The notes below the pieces were generated by a model. That model saw only the letters and a list, made by a program, of their open reading frames with translations. It was not told the origin of the DNA and did no database searches. The translations under genes were made by a program, and so were the position numbers. A stretch of DNA of 32,000 nt from Propionibacteriaceae bacterium (GTDB lineage: Bacteria; Actinomycetota; Actinomycetes; Propionibacteriales; Propionibacteriaceae). Positions 1-7,545 of this stretch are shown here, piece by piece (positions within the stretch are counted from its first letter, which is position 1; the number at the start of each line of letters is the position of its first letter). Where the stretch lies: positions 1-32,000 of the forward strand of contig JAIRQE010000014.1 of NCBI GenBank assembly GCA_031256725.1. The letters are read 5' to 3'.

Positions 1-231
1 GACTTTGAACTGGGCACACACACCGCCACACTCACTGGTAAAGAATCCGGTCAGGTTTCCGCAACCTTCCAGGTTATTCCAACCCCAGTGAAGGCACCAA
101 CAGGCGGTACCGCACTACCTCAAGCACAATTCCCAATTGGATTGATGATGCTTGGGTCACTTATGGCAATATCTGGCGTGTGGGTTCTCCCACGTGTCGG
201 ACGTAACAAGAGGGAGAGAGTATTCTCCTGA
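1..231 (+). CDS. C-terminal fragment of a probable cell-surface protein with a sorting-signal-like tail (5' end outside window)
   Basis: Frame 1 is open from the window edge to TGA at 229-231. The tail reads ...VKAPTGGTALPQAQFPIGLMMLGSLMAISGVWVLPRVGRNKRE: a short motif, an ~18-residue hydrophobic stretch, then a basic tail. A hairpin terminator follows. Confidence 0.55.
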   Translation, partial: DFELGTHTATLTGKESGQVSATFQVIPTPVKAPTGGTALPQAQFPIGLMMLGSLMAISGVWVLPRVGRNKRERVFS

Positions 232-269
232 AAGGTTATTTTGAGTAATTCCACTCAAAAATAATCCCA

Positions 270-295
270 AGCCGTCCCCCGAAAGGGGGGCGGCT
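270..295 (+). terminator. Stem-loop terminator candidate after the surface-protein gene
   Basis: AGCCGTCCCCC GAAA GGGGGGCGGCT forms an 11 bp GC-rich stem (one G-U pair) with a GAAA tetraloop, followed by TTT. It sits 39 nt after the stop codon. Confidence 0.55.
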
Positions 296-339
296 TTCAC
301 ATCTGGGCATCCGGAAATACGGAACTGAGATGCGACAAG

Positions 340-445
340 GAGAGGGTGGGGTACATCTACTGTGGACCGTTTTCCCGAACGGAGGAATTGTTTCCACAGG
401 AAACAACTGCGCGAGTGCGTCCAGAAAGATGTACCCCACCCTCTC
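340..445. repeat. Palindromic repeat element, copy A (106 bp, perfect 19 bp terminal inverted repeat)
   Basis: GAGAGGGTGGGGTACATCT (340-358) is the exact reverse complement of AGATGTACCCCACCCTCTC (427-445). The inner hairpin is TTGTTTCC-ACA-GGAAACAA. By eye it is ~80 percent identical to 13415-13518. Confidence 0.85.
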
Positions 446-542
446 ATCCAGAATAGAACTCTGGGTTCTGCGGTTTCACGCAGAATGACGAAGGGGAAAG
501 CGAACTATGCCATGATTGACATGTGAACTAAGGAGGGAACCA

Positions 543-1712
543 ATGTCCATCGTGAGCACAGTACTAAACGAATTCCAGGCCCAATTCACGGGTGAGCCTG
601 AAGGGATCTGGGAGGCACCAGGCAGGGTCAATCTCATTGGTGAACATACCGACTACAACGCTGGATTGGTACTCCCGATAGCTTTACCACAACGTACCTA
701 TGTTGCCATCCGCCGACGTGAGGACAGGAAACTACGCTTCGTTTCAGTAGGAATGGAAGCCTCACAGCCACTCAACTTAGATGAGGTTGAGCCAGGGAAA
801 CCCTCATCCTGGGAACGCTATCCAGTCGGAGTCATCTGGGCCCTAGAGGAGGCTGGCTATCCGATGCCAGGAGTAGAGGCAGCCTTTATTTCCGAGGTGC
901 CTGTTGGCTCAGGATTATCCAGTTCAGCGGCCATTGAGGGTGCCATTGCAGCCGCAATGTCTGACCTGTGTAACCTCGGATTACTGGCCGATGATGAAGG
1001 TCGTGCGACCCTCGCAAACATCTGTCAGCGGGCAGAGAACCACATCGCACAGGCACCCACAGGTGGGATGGATCAGGCAGCCAGTCTCCGCTCACATGAG
1101 GGGTACGCGCTGAACCTCGACTGCTCAGATGCCTCAGTGCGCCACGTACCCTTTCAGTTGGAGGAAGCAGGTTTGGCCCTGCTCGTTATCGACACACAGG
1201 CCCCACACTCCCACACGACAGGGGAGTACGGGCGACGTCGTGCAGACTGTGAACAAGCCTGTGCCCAGTTAGGGTTCGACACGCTGCGGGAGATTACTCC
1301 CGAGATGCTGGAGCCCCTGTTACCCCGCCTAAGCAATGATCGGCTGCGAGCACGGGTACGCCACGTGGTCACCGAAACTGAGAGGGTACGCCTAGCTGTA
1401 CTTGCGATGGAAGCCAATGATTTCGCAGAACTGGGTCGGTTGTTTGTCGACTCCCACGCCTCAATGAGGGATGACTATGAGATCTCCTGCCCAGAATTGG
1501 ACCAGGCAGTAGTCACAGCCTTGGAGTGTGGGGCACTGGGGGCACGGATGACGGGGGGAGGGTTCGGGGGATCCGCCATAGCGTTGGTGTACACCCAATC
1601 CTTGGACTCGACTAGGGCGGCCATTGGGGAAGCCTTTGCCGCGAGGGGGTTTTCGGCGCCGCAGTTCCTCATTGCTCAAGCAGGTCCCCCAGCTCAGCGA
1701 ACAGAGTACTAG
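543..1712 (+). CDS. galK: Galactokinase
   Basis: Has the GHMP kinase signatures GRVNLIGEHTDYN, PVGSGLSSSAA and GARMTGGGFGGS. I chose ATG 543 over ORF start 516 because AAGGAGG lies at 530-536. Confidence 0.93.
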   Translation: MSIVSTVLNEFQAQFTGEPEGIWEAPGRVNLIGEHTDYNAGLVLPIALPQRTYVAIRRREDRKLRFVSVGMEASQPLNLDEVEPGKPSSWERYPVGVIWALEEAGYPMPGVEAAFISEVPVGSGLSSSAAIEGAIAAAMSDLCNLGLLADDEGRATLANICQRAENHIAQAPTGGMDQAASLRSHEGYALNLDCSDASVRHVPFQLEEAGLALLVIDTQAPHSHTTGEYGRRRADCEQACAQLGFDTLREITPEMLEPLLPRLSNDRLRARVRHVVTETERVRLAVLAMEANDFAELGRLFVDSHASMRDDYEISCPELDQAVVTALECGALGARMTGGGFGGSAIALVYTQSLDSTRAAIGEAFAARGFSAPQFLIAQAGPPAQRTEY

Positions 1713-1762
1713 AATAGTTGTAAGCAGTTCACAAGAACTGGTGAGTCAGAGAGGATCCCGTC

Positions 1763-1939
1763 ATGGCTGCACAATTTGAGGTTTACCAAGACAAAGCAGG
1801 CAAGTATCGTTTCCGTTTGAAGGCTGCCAACGGCCAAGTCGTCGCCGTAGGTGAGGCATACGAGTCGAAGTCATCAGCAATCAAAGGTTGCGAGGCTGTA
1901 CAAAGGGCCGCCAAGGACGCCAAGGTCGTCGAGGCCTAA
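1763..1939 (+). CDS. YegP/DUF1508-family small protein (58 aa, below the ORF-track cutoff)
   Basis: My own translation is MAAQFEVYQDKAGKYRFRLKAANGQVVAVGEAYESKSSAIKGCEAVQRAAKDAKVVEA. The pattern F..Y.D..G.yRfRLkA.NGe.va.gegY is typical of a single DUF1508 repeat. Confidence 0.72.
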   Translation: MAAQFEVYQDKAGKYRFRLKAANGQVVAVGEAYESKSSAIKGCEAVQRAAKDAKVVEA

Positions 1940-2229
1940 GCGCCATCCTGCAACCAAGCCAGAAGCGCAAGTACACGCCGATGTGAGTTCGTGTCCATCG
2001 GCAGGTCAGGCTTGGCAAAAATCGAGGAGATGTGTTTCTCAACCGACCCGGCTGAGAGCCACAGCGTTTCACAGATTGTCTGGTTGCTGAGTTCCTCGGT
2101 GATCGGGGCCAAGACTTCACGTTCGCGCGCAGTGAGGCGTTCCAAGGGTGATGTAGGGGAGTGGATCTCCACATAGGCTGAGAGTGCAAGTACCCTCAGA
2201 TCATCGCGTGTACAACGAAGCTCCGTCAT
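1936..2229 (-). CDS. LuxR/GerE-type helix-turn-helix protein with no receiver or sensor domain (solo, or remnant of a larger regulator)
   Basis: LTAREREVLAPITEELSNQTICETLWLSAGSVEKHISSIFAKPDL matches the GerE HTH layout. The C-terminal RRVLALLAWL resembles actinobacterial LuxR tails. The ORF is only 97 aa. Confidence 0.68.
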   Translation of the reverse strand: MTELRCTRDDLRVLALSAYVEIHSPTSPLERLTAREREVLAPITEELSNQTICETLWLSAGSVEKHISSIFAKPDLPMDTNSHRRVLALLAWLQDGA

Positions 2230-2257
2230 CCTGCGCGCAGATATGGCAGGGCAAACC

Positions 2258-2328
2258 GAGCGAGGAGTCGTTTCCTCTCAGGGAAACTGCGTGAGCATGT
2301 TCGCAACAGATGTACTACCCCAGCACCC
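2258..2328. repeat. Partial, degenerate copy D of the palindromic repeat family (right ~70 nt)
   Basis: GAGCGAGGAGTCGTTTCCTCTCAGGGAAACTGCGTGAGCATGTTCGCAACAGATGTACTACCCCAGCACCC aligns with the right two thirds of copy A. Shared parts are GGAGGA, the GTTTCC/GGAAAC hairpin, CTGCG.GAG and the AGATGTAC..CCCA.CACCC arm. I see no convincing left arm. Confidence 0.5.
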
Positions 2329-2415
2329 GTGATAGGTATAGTCTAAATCTGTACACAATGACGTGTGATCCCGACTGAGTGACAACCCAGGAGGTCCCGA
2401 CATAGAGGGAGTGGT

Positions 2416-3147
2416 ATGACCAAGGTATATGCCCACCGTGGTGCTAGTGGCTATGCTCCAGAAAACACACTTGCGGCCTTTGATCTGGCACGTACCATGG
2501 GTGCCGATGGCATTGAAATCGATATTCAGATGACCAGTGATGGGGAGGTCGTCGTCATCCATGATGAAACCCTGGAACGAACCACTGATGGTATGGGATG
2601 GGTCAAGGATCACACCCTCGCTCAGATCAAGAAACTCAAGGCATCCATGGGTTCCGCTGACTATCCTGACGAGCAAATACCCACCCTTGATGAAGTCTTC
2701 GACCTGCTTGACGACACCCAGATGACGGTCAACATCGAGCTCAAGGATTCCCGTATTCCCTACCGGGGGATGGCAGATAAGGTACTCGCAATGATCGATG
2801 AACGTGACTGGGAACACCGCGTGATCATCTCAAGCTTCAACCACATCACCTTGGCTGAGATTCGGCAGATGGGCTCCCTGATTGCCACCGGCGTACTCTT
2901 CTCTGACGTCCTGTATGAACCCTGGGCCTATGCCCATCATGTCTGGGCTACGGCCATGCATCCGCATTTTAGGTACGTTGATGCTGTGCCACACTTCATG
3001 GATGAGGCATGCAATTCTGTCCTGGAAGTCAACGTGTGGACTGTTAACGACGAGGCTGACATGGATCGAATGCTGGCCCGAGGGGTGGACTCCATTATCA
3101 CGAATTATCCTGATCGTGCCTGTGAACGCCGAGCCTTGCTAGAGTGA
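2416..3147 (+). CDS. Glycerophosphodiester phosphodiesterase (GDPD family)
   Basis: The N-terminus YAHRGASGYAPENTLAAF...GADGIEIDIQMTSDGEVVVIHDETLERTTDG is the canonical GDPD signature (HRG, E.D, HD). GGAGG lies upstream. Confidence 0.9.
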   Translation: MTKVYAHRGASGYAPENTLAAFDLARTMGADGIEIDIQMTSDGEVVVIHDETLERTTDGMGWVKDHTLAQIKKLKASMGSADYPDEQIPTLDEVFDLLDDTQMTVNIELKDSRIPYRGMADKVLAMIDERDWEHRVIISSFNHITLAEIRQMGSLIATGVLFSDVLYEPWAYAHHVWATAMHPHFRYVDAVPHFMDEACNSVLEVNVWTVNDEADMDRMLARGVDSIITNYPDRACERRALLE

Positions 3148-3228
3148 TCCTTGAACTGTGAGATCCCACTGGGGACACGGATTAGCCCCAAGCTTCCATG
3201 GTGGTAATCGATGTTGATAGGAGCCGGA

Positions 3229-4362
3229 ATGACATTAATAGAATCCCCTTTGGCTGAGGTACACACCAGTCTGGGCGCCAAGTTTTCACCTTTCGGTGGG
3301 TGGGCGATGCCCGTACAGTACGCTGGCATCCTCCAGGAACACAAGGCGGTACGCGAAGCAGTTGGTCTCTTCGATGTCTCCCACCTGGGTACCTTCCTCA
3401 TCGAAGGCGAGGCAGCTGCGGACTACCTCAACACACGGGTCTCCAATGATCTGAACAAGATCACTCCCGGACATGCACAGTACACCCTCCTTCTGGATGC
3501 CAGTGGGGGAGTCGTCGATGACATGATCGTGTACCTTTTCGCCCCAGACCATGTGATGGTGATCCCGAACGCTTCGAATGCAGATGAGGTATTGAGTCGA
3601 TTGATGGATTCAAGTCCCGATCATCTGCGCTGGACGAACCGGCACACAGCAGATGGGATTATCGCTATCCAGGGGCCGCGAAGCGCGGAAGTCATGGAGG
3701 CAGCCTTCGGACACAACTCCTCTGTTCGGGGGCCTGATCTGTCCCATGGAATGGGGTACATGAGTTTTGAACGGGCTGACCTGGTCGCTGAGTCCGTCTC
3801 CGTCTCGTTGACAGTGTGCCGCACGGGGTACACCGGAGAGCTTGGGTACGAACTCGTCGTACCAGCCGCCGACATGAAAACTGTGTGGACCTGGCTCATG
3901 GAACGAGGCGAGGCATATGGGATCCAACCCTGTGGTCTGGGAGCCCGTGACACCCTCCGTACGGAGATGGGATACCCCCTTCACGGGCAGGATCTTTCCC
4001 TAGAGATCTCTCCAGTTGAGGCACGAGTGGGGTGGGCTGTTGGCTGGAAGAAGGATTCCTTCGATGGTGATGAGGCGGTACGTACCCAACGCCGTCATGG
4101 GGTAAGTCGTACCCTGATGGGCATTCGTGCCTGTGGTCGGGGGATTCCGCGAGCGCACATGTCAGTCATCGACGAGAATGGGGAAAAGATCGGCGAGGTT
4201 ACCTCTGGCACCTTCTCCCCAACCCTCAATGTGGGAATCGGGCTCGCCTTCCTACCGCCTGAAACCCAGATCGGTGACAAGGTCACAGTTGAGGTACGCA
4301 GCCGCCACGAAGAGTTTGAAGTGGTCAAGCTCCCATTCGTACCCAGCCATGTGAGTAACTAA
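3229..4362 (+). CDS. gcvT: Aminomethyltransferase, glycine cleavage system T protein
   Basis: Contains GWAMPVQY, FDVSHLG, CRTGYTGELGYEL and SGTFSPTL motifs. I preferred ATG 3229 (MTLIESPL) because AGGAG lies 6 nt upstream, rather than ORF start 3211. Confidence 0.9.
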   Translation: MTLIESPLAEVHTSLGAKFSPFGGWAMPVQYAGILQEHKAVREAVGLFDVSHLGTFLIEGEAAADYLNTRVSNDLNKITPGHAQYTLLLDASGGVVDDMIVYLFAPDHVMVIPNASNADEVLSRLMDSSPDHLRWTNRHTADGIIAIQGPRSAEVMEAAFGHNSSVRGPDLSHGMGYMSFERADLVAESVSVSLTVCRTGYTGELGYELVVPAADMKTVWTWLMERGEAYGIQPCGLGARDTLRTEMGYPLHGQDLSLEISPVEARVGWAVGWKKDSFDGDEAVRTQRRHGVSRTLMGIRACGRGIPRAHMSVIDENGEKIGEVTSGTFSPTLNVGIGLAFLPPETQIGDKVTVEVRSRHEEFEVVKLPFVPSHVSN

Positions 4363-5099
4363 GACTGGGGAGTCCTGGGGGCGTATTCAACGGTAGCTCG
4401 GCTGAGACGAGTTGTAGATTGGCTGAATTCAACCTCGCATTTGTGGGCAAGGTCATGGGTAAGTACCCGTGTCACCCTGTAGCAGGACTTCATCTCCTCC
4501 AAGGAACCGTTGACCATGCCGACATGCAACTGGCATAGAACCTTGTGGCGTCGTGTGGAATCCCAGAATGGGCAGTGATGGAGTGTGAGACGCGGAGGGT
4601 CACCGCTTTCCTTCTCGGGAGCGAACCACAGAGCATCCAATTTGTCGATGAGTCGCTCAAGAATCTCGGCCTCGTCCACTGGGTCACCCGGATCGGTGCG
4701 AGGGGCCAGGAAGCGCCCCCATTCCGAACCGACCTGGTACATCCACTCGTCAGCTTCGCAATTGGACTGGGCAACAGTGATAGCCATGATCTCTGCGAGA
4801 AGGCGAAAACCTTGAGCCCTCTCGTGGGTCTGGTTTGGAAGGGTACCCGTGTAGGCAACCTTCGGACGTCCAGGTGTGGAACGGCTTTGTGCCTCTCGAG
4901 TGGCGAAGCCAGAATCAACAAGGGATTCAAGATGGAACCGGGCCGTATTCGACGGCAATCCGACTCTTTTAGCCACCTGTTCAACGGTGAGAGGTTCTTT
5001 GGTATCCCGCAGCAACCTAATGATATGTGTACGGCGCCCCCCATGTTCTGTACGACCTGTTGTTCCATCAAACACAGAATGGTCAACCCTTACAGCCAA
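4359..5099 (-). CDS. Winged-helix transcriptional regulator, ArsR/SufR-like, with a Cys/His-rich C-terminal domain
   Basis: The N-terminal HTH is IIRLLRDTKEPLTVEQVAKRVGLPSNTARFHLESLVDSGF...GRPKVAY. The C-terminal LTLHHCPFWDSTRRHKVLCQLHVGMV...KSCYRV...HKCEV resembles the HHCP...LC region of SufR-type Fe-S regulators. TTG start at 5099 has GGGGG 5 nt upstream. It is divergent from nrfH. Confidence 0.75.
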   Translation of the reverse strand: MAVRVDHSVFDGTTGRTEHGGRRTHIIRLLRDTKEPLTVEQVAKRVGLPSNTARFHLESLVDSGFATREAQSRSTPGRPKVAYTGTLPNQTHERAQGFRLLAEIMAITVAQSNCEADEWMYQVGSEWGRFLAPRTDPGDPVDEAEILERLIDKLDALWFAPEKESGDPPRLTLHHCPFWDSTRRHKVLCQLHVGMVNGSLEEMKSCYRVTRVLTHDLAHKCEVEFSQSTTRLSRATVEYAPRTPQS

Positions 5100-5325
5100 T
5101 GCAGCCCCCTACTTATTCAATAATTATGGTTAATACTATAAAGGTTGAATAACCGTTCAGCAAAACGGGATCTACTCGGCATCCTTGGCTCCCTCCACTA
5201 AAAATCCTCGTTTTGATATCTAATGTTTATTAGGGAATAAACAACGTGCCTTCATTGTTTTCCCTAGTCAGAGCGAATATGATCACTCTCTATGCGTGTG
5301 TATTCTCATAGTAATCATCTGGGTA

Positions 5326-5354
5326 TTGACCCTTGTTTTAACCCGTGATACTTT
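5326..5354 (+). promoter_or_regulatory. Candidate nrfH promoter (-35 TTGACC, extended -10 TGATACTTT)
   Basis: TTGACC at 5326-5331, a 17 nt spacer, then TACTTT at 5349-5354 preceded by TGA. It sits ~33 nt upstream of the nrfH ATG, with GAAAGGTGAG as the RBS. Sequence pattern only. Confidence 0.35.
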
Positions 5355-5386
5355 CGCATTACCTGTTACACACTGAAAGGTGAGCC

Positions 5387-5869
5387 ATGGCCTCAGCAAA
5401 GAAGCCCTCGCCACGGCTGCGTCGCGTACTCGGAATCGCAGCGGCCGCGTTAAGCGGAACCGCAATCGGGATAGCAATCTTTGGGATCGGATATTCCGGA
5501 CTCCCATCGTATTTCGGGTCTAACCCCGAAACCTGTGCGCAATGTCACGTGATGCAGGACCATTATGATGCATGGTCGCGAGGATCACACGCCAATGTCG
5601 CAACCTGTAACGACTGTCACCTGCCGCATGACAACATCATTCGGCAATATGGGGTGAAAGCCGAAGATGGTGTGCTACATGCACTTGCATTTACTACGGG
5701 GAGTTACCCCGAAAATATTGTCATCAGAGATAAGAGTAGGGCCATCGCTAATGAGCTATGTCTCAACTGCCATGACATGATGACTTTCCCGATGCGTTAT
5801 ACCGTGGGTGTCACAGGTGAAGACCCACAGTGTACACATTGCCATTCCACTATTGGACACGATATCTAG
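5387..5869 (+). CDS. nrfH: Tetrahaem membrane quinol dehydrogenase NrfH (NapC/NirT family)
   Basis: An N-terminal TM helix is followed by four CXXCH motifs (CAQCH, CNDCH, CLNCH, CTHCH) in 160 aa. It lies immediately upstream of nrfA. Confidence 0.9.
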   Translation: MASAKKPSPRLRRVLGIAAAALSGTAIGIAIFGIGYSGLPSYFGSNPETCAQCHVMQDHYDAWSRGSHANVATCNDCHLPHDNIIRQYGVKAEDGVLHALAFTTGSYPENIVIRDKSRAIANELCLNCHDMMTFPMRYTVGVTGEDPQCTHCHSTIGHDI

Positions 5870-5880
5870 GAGCCGGACTG

Positions 5881-7545
5881 ATGACAGACCAGAACGAAGC
5901 CAAGACTCGCAAAAGCGTTCCCATCTGGGCCCTCGCTGTAATTGCGATCGCGGCAGCCGCGATCGGGTTCCTTCTCGCTGCCCTCATTGCAAATATGGGG
6001 GAGAAGAAGGGCGAATCCGCTACGCAATATACACAGGTAGTCGAAATGAACGACACAAACCAGTACGATCCGAGCGCATGGGGACAAAACTTCCCATCTG
6101 AGTTTGAGGGATGGAAGGCTACTGCTATCTATAAGTCCTCAGATCATAAGCCGGATACCCTGGTAGCGAACGTTGACCTTGTGACAGCAGGGACACCGAT
6201 TAACCCAGACTTCGATACTCGTACCGAAGTTGCAGGATCAAAGATTGAGGAAGACACCCGAGTCAAGAGACTGTGGCAGGGATTCGCCTTCTTCATCGAC
6301 TATAGGCATGCCCGCGGTCACGCCTACATGTTGGAAGACCAGTTGACCACCAAGCGCGTTACTGAAAGAAATCAGCCGGGTGCTTGTATCCACTGTCATG
6401 CTTCCACTGTGCAGATGTGGGCGGCGGCAAGCACTGCCGGGCCGAATGCGAGCTTCAATGAGACTATGAATTCCGGGTTCGTAGCTTTGAACTCAATTCC
6501 GTACGACTGTGAGGCCACATCCGTGACCCCAGAGTGGCAAGCAGCTCAGAAAGAGGGCAAAGATTGCACGGATATTGAAGCAGACATGGAATCCATGATC
6601 AAGAAGCATTCCATGGATCAGGTGAATGGTGACCCCATCGGCTGTGTCGACTGCCATGATCCCGCAACCATGAAGCTGCGCATCTCCCGCCCAGGCCTGA
6701 TCAATTCATTCGCTGAATACAAGGCTGGCCAGGGAATCGCCAACTATGATGTGAACAAGGACGCCACCAATAATGAGCTTCGCGCTCTGGTGTGTGCACA
6801 GTGTCACATCGAGTACTACTTCGCAGGTGCCAACAAGGATGTCGTCTTCCCATGGGCCAAGGGCCTGGATATCGACGATACCCTTGAGTACTACAACGAG
6901 CCACGCTTCACCTTCAATGGTGTCGAGAATGTTGGATTCTCTGATTATGCGAACCCGCGTGCTCAGGTTGGCTCCATCAAGGCTCAGCATCCTGAGTACG
7001 AAGTATGGTCCTCGTCCATCCACGCCGCCAACGGTGTGACCTGTGCAGATTGCCACATGGCCTACACTCGCGACGGTTCACAGAAGATCACCAATCACGA
7101 TATCCGGAATCCTCTGTATGACGTGAACGCCACCTGTGGTCAGTGCCACACTGCCTCTGAGCAGGTTCTCAGGGATCGTGTGACAACGATCAACAACCGC
7201 TTCAAGATTACTCGCGACGCGGCTCTTGATTCCGCCATGGTACTCCTCGACATGCTCGAAGCAGTACAGGCTGAAGACTCGACGATCCAGGTCCCCGAGG
7301 CCACCATGGCCAAGGTCAAGGAACTGTATCGCAAGGGTGGATACTATGCAGACTATGCATACTCCGAGAACTCCTATGGTTTCCACAATCCTGACTATCT
7401 CCAGCGCGTTCTGGGGCAGTCACTCGACGCTACTCGCCAGGGCCAGTTGCTCCTGTCGCAGCTTGGTGTTGAGGTTCCGGATCTTGGCCCATCAGAATTC
7501 ACGGCTAAGAATACCGCTCATATCGAAGAGGTCGGTCTTAAGTGA
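5881..7545 (+). CDS. nrfA: Pentahaem cytochrome c nitrite reductase (ammonia-forming) NrfA, CXXCH variant at the first haem
   Basis: Five CXXCH motifs (CIHCH, CVDCH, CAQCH, CADCH, CGQCH) with NrfA-like spacing, and [13 protein letters not shown] before haem 1. ATG 5881 has AGGAG overlapping the nrfH stop. ORF-track start 5830 is rejected because it overlaps nrfH. Confidence 0.9.
   Translation: MTDQNEAKTRKSVPIWALAVIAIAAAAIGFLLAALIANMGEKKGESATQYTQVVEMNDTNQYDPSAWGQNFPSEFEGWKATAIYKSSDHKPDTLVANVDLVTAGTPINPDFDTRTEVAGSKIEEDTRVKRLWQGFAFFIDYRHARGHAYMLEDQLTTKRVTERNQPGACIHCHASTVQMWAAASTAGPNASFNETMNSGFVALNSIPYDCEATSVTPEWQAAQKEGKDCTDIEADMESMIKKHSMDQVNGDPIGCVDCHDPATMKLRISRPGLINSFAEYKAGQGIANYDVNKDATNNELRALVCAQCHIEYYFAGANKDVVFPWAKGLDIDDTLEYYNEPRFTFNGVENVGFSDYANPRAQVGSIKAQHPEYEVWSSSIHAANGVTCADCHMAYTRDGSQKITNHDIRNPLYDVNATCGQCHTASEQVLRDRVTTINNRFKITRDAALDSAMVLLDMLEAVQAEDSTIQVPEATMAKVKELYRKGGYYADYAYSENSYGFHNPDYLQRVLGQSLDATRQGQLLLSQLGVEVPDLGPSEFTAKNTAHIEEVGLK

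Noticed and set aside
157-447. Minus-strand ORFs of 96 and 67 aa in the track
   Set aside because: They run through the 3' end of the plus-strand surface-protein gene, its hairpin terminator and the palindromic repeat copy A. They have no RBS or recognisable motif. The open frame is explained by the palindromic, GC-rich sequence.
516-542. Upstream starts offered by the ORF track for galK (516), nrfA (5830), rsmA (19061), OTC (22106), cysS (30358), ilvD (17940), PatB (24500) and gcvT (3211)
   Set aside because: In each case a downstream ATG avoids overlap with the neighbouring gene or matches the conserved N-terminus of the family, and most also have a Shine-Dalgarno sequence.
2278-2817. 179-aa minus-strand ORF
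   Set aside because: It is antisense to the well-supported GDPD phosphodiesterase gene and extends over the repeat fragment. It is a mirror-frame artefact.
3148-3228. Possible glycine riboswitch upstream of gcvT
   Set aside because: Only ~80 nt are available. I see none of the conserved glycine-aptamer features, only one small hairpin (TGGGG...CCCCA).
4490-5123. 198-aa minus-strand and 192-aa plus-strand ORFs overlapping the regulator gene
   Set aside because: Only the 4359-5099 frame gives a recognisable winged-helix domain. The others are Arg/Ser/Pro-rich alternative-frame products.
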